Positions 18,363 to 20,000 of a stretch of DNA of 20,000 bases are shown here, one piece after another. The DNA is taken from the NCBI RefSeq assembly GCF_000372725.1, contig NW_005201493.1:398417-418416 (forward strand), in the 5' to 3' direction. The stretch is from Emiliania huxleyi CCMP1516 (taxonomy: Eukaryota). Position 1 is the stretch's first letter. Each line of letters opens with the position of its first letter. Under the pieces are notes generated by a model. The model did not search any database and was not told the origin of the DNA. It saw only the letters and a list, made by a program, of their open reading frames with translations. Made by a program: the position numbers and the translations under genes.

Positions 18363-19908
18363 ATGGTCGCCAAGACTGCCACGCTCGCTCTCGCTCTCTT
18401 CGGCGGCGCCGAGGCGCTCACCATCGGCGCGGCGCCGATGCGCTCGATCTCGCGCTCGTGCAACATCGAGATGGCCAAGAAGTCGGTGGGCGACCTGTCC
18501 GAGGCTGACCTGAAGGGCAAGAAGGTGCTCGTCCGCTGCGATCTCAACGTCCCGCTCGACGGCAAGACCATCACCGACGACACCCGCATCCGCGCGTCGG
18601 TGCCGACCGTCAAGTACCTCGTCGAGAAGGGCGCAAAGGTGCTGCTCTCGTCGCACCTGGGCCGGCCCAAGTCGGGCCCGGAGGACAAGTTCTCGCTCGG
18701 CCCCGTCGCGCCGCGCCTCTCTGAGCTGCTCGGCAAGGACGTCGTCATGGCCCCCGACTGCATCGGCGACGGCGTCAAGGCGCCCCGCGCAGCGCCGCCC
18801 CGCACCCAGCCCTTCCTCTCCCGCCGCGACCTCCACCCACCGCCTCCTGTGACACGACAACCCAGGGGCCCGGGGCCGCCCTTGCCGCCGCCACGGAGCC
18901 CTCCACCCCCTTTGGGGGTGCGGCCCTTCCCGCCTCCCACTTTCCACCGCCGCCCGCCCGGGCAAACCTGCTCCACGCCCGCTCCTCCATCTTTCCATTT
19001 TTGCCCCCCCCTGAGCCCCCTCCCTTCCCAACCCCATTTGTTCCTGGGTTTGCTTGCCCCCTGCCCCCCCCCCCCCCCCTCCCCCCCCTCCCCTCCCCTT
19101 CCCCTCCCCTCCATCCGCCTCGGTCCGCCGCGCGTGCTCTGCTCCCCCGTGAGCGGCCGCAGCTGACGAGGGGCGACACCGCCACCGCGGCGCCGCAGGA
19201 GTGCGTCGACAAGATGGGCGACGGCGACGTCCTCCTGCTCGAGAACACACGCTTCTACAAGGAGGAGGAGAAGAATGTGCCCGAGTTCGCCGAGAAGCTC
19301 GCCGCCAACGCCGACCTGTTTGTCAACGACGCGTTTGGCACGGCGCACCGCGCGCACGGCTCGACGGAGGGCGTGACGAAGTACCTCTCGCCCTCGGTGG
19401 CCGGCTTCCTGCTGCAGAAGGAGCGCTTCCCCGCACCTCCCCGCACCTCCCCGCACCTCCCCATACCTCCCCATTCCTCCCCACACCTCCCCACGCCTCC
19501 CCACGCCTCCCCACACCTCCCCACACCTCCCCACACCTCCCCACACCTCCCCACACCTTGCGCGCACCTCTCCCCCAAACTCCCCACATGACCTGGCCGA
19601 CCGACGGCGGCGCCTCTCGGCGGAAGCGCCCCTCTCGGAACCTTCTCGGAACCTTCCCGGAACCTCCCCCGTCCAGGAGCTCGACTACCTGGACGGCGCC
19701 GTCTCGGAGCCAAAGCGGCCCTTCGCCGCCATCGTCGGTGGCTCAAAGGTGTCGGCCAAGACGAGTCTCGGGGACTCTTTGGTACAATCTCGCGTAATCT
19801 CGCGTCGGTGGCTGGAAGGTGTCGTCAAAGATTGGCGTCATCGAGTCGCTGATGGAGAAGGTTGACAAGATCGTCATCGGCGGCGGCATGGTCTTCACCT
19901 TCCTCAAG
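18363..19908 (+). CDS. PGK: Plastid-targeted phosphoglycerate kinase, 3'-partial; exons 18363..18779, 19199..19420, 19677..19748, 19819..19908
   Basis: Motifs [70 protein letters not shown] and IGGGMVFTF. Exon lengths 417, 222, 72 and 90 are all multiples of 3. N-terminal signal peptide + transit peptide ([37 protein letters not shown]). Confidence 0.97.
18780..19198 (+). other. PGK intron 1 (GC-AG, 419 bp, C-rich)
   Basis: AAG|gcgccc...ccgcag|GAG; removal restores DGVK-ECVDKM. Confidence 0.9.
19421..19676 (+). other. PGK intron 2 (GA-AG, 256 bp) containing CCCCACACCT 10-mer array (about 19429-19558) and three CGGAACCT-core repeats
   Basis: AAG|gagcgc...gtccag|GAG; removal restores LLQK-ELDYL. 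Confidence 0.8.
19749..19818 (+). other. PGK intron 3 (GT-AG, 70 bp) with duplicated junction sequence
   Basis: AAG|gtgtcg...ggaag|GTG; removal restores GGSK-VSSKI. Confidence 0.85.
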
Positions 19909-20000
19909 GCGCGGGATGCGGGGAGATGCGGGGAGATGCGGGGAGATGCTTGGAGGTGCGGGGAGATGCGGGGAGATGCGGGGAGATGCGGGGAGATGCG
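19909..20000 (+). repeat. PGK intron 4 (probable GC donor) filled with GGGAGATGCG 10-mer array, continuing beyond the window
   Basis: AAG|gcgcgg followed by (gggagatgcg)n to the window end; acceptor not visible. Confidence 0.85.

Noticed and set aside
17655..19166. 503-aa ORF as a single protein
   Set aside because: It is antisense of the upstream ORF, plus PGK exon 1, plus read-through of intron 1. Only 18363..18779 is coding.
18194..19746. Long minus-strand ORFs with [10 protein letters not shown] repeats
   Set aside because: They are antisense translations of PGK exons and intronic 10-bp repeats.

Overview
GC-rich eukaryotic nuclear DNA, most likely from a haptophyte alga of the Emiliania/Gephyrocapsa huxleyi type. 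This is inferred from GC-AG introns filled with 10-bp tandem repeats, a bipartite plastid presequence and haptophyte-style AP2 repeats. From left to right the window holds: (1) the 3' part of a spliced gene whose N-terminal half carries the motif series of an Academ-superfamily (DUF6589-like) DDE transposase, with a candidate CTA terminus at 4547; (2) a two-exon Ala-rich repeat protein gene (-); (3) a frameshifted, truncated CAP/PR-1 gene fragment (+); (4) a 903-aa intronless secreted Asp-box/BNR beta-propeller of lower GC, fused to a Cys-rich lectin-like module (-); (5) a 10-bp satellite; (6) an F-box-like + 7xRCC1 gene with homogenised 156-bp repeats and variable surface positions (-); (7) a chromodomain-like protein gene (-); (8) a 3xAP2 + RING gene (+); (9) an ORF of unknown function (-) head-to-head with (10) plastid-targeted phosphoglycerate kinase (+, runs off the window). 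All four visible PGK introns follow an AAG codon and use GC, GA, GT and GC donors, and one looks born from a tandem duplication. All domain calls are by eye from motifs; no searches were run.
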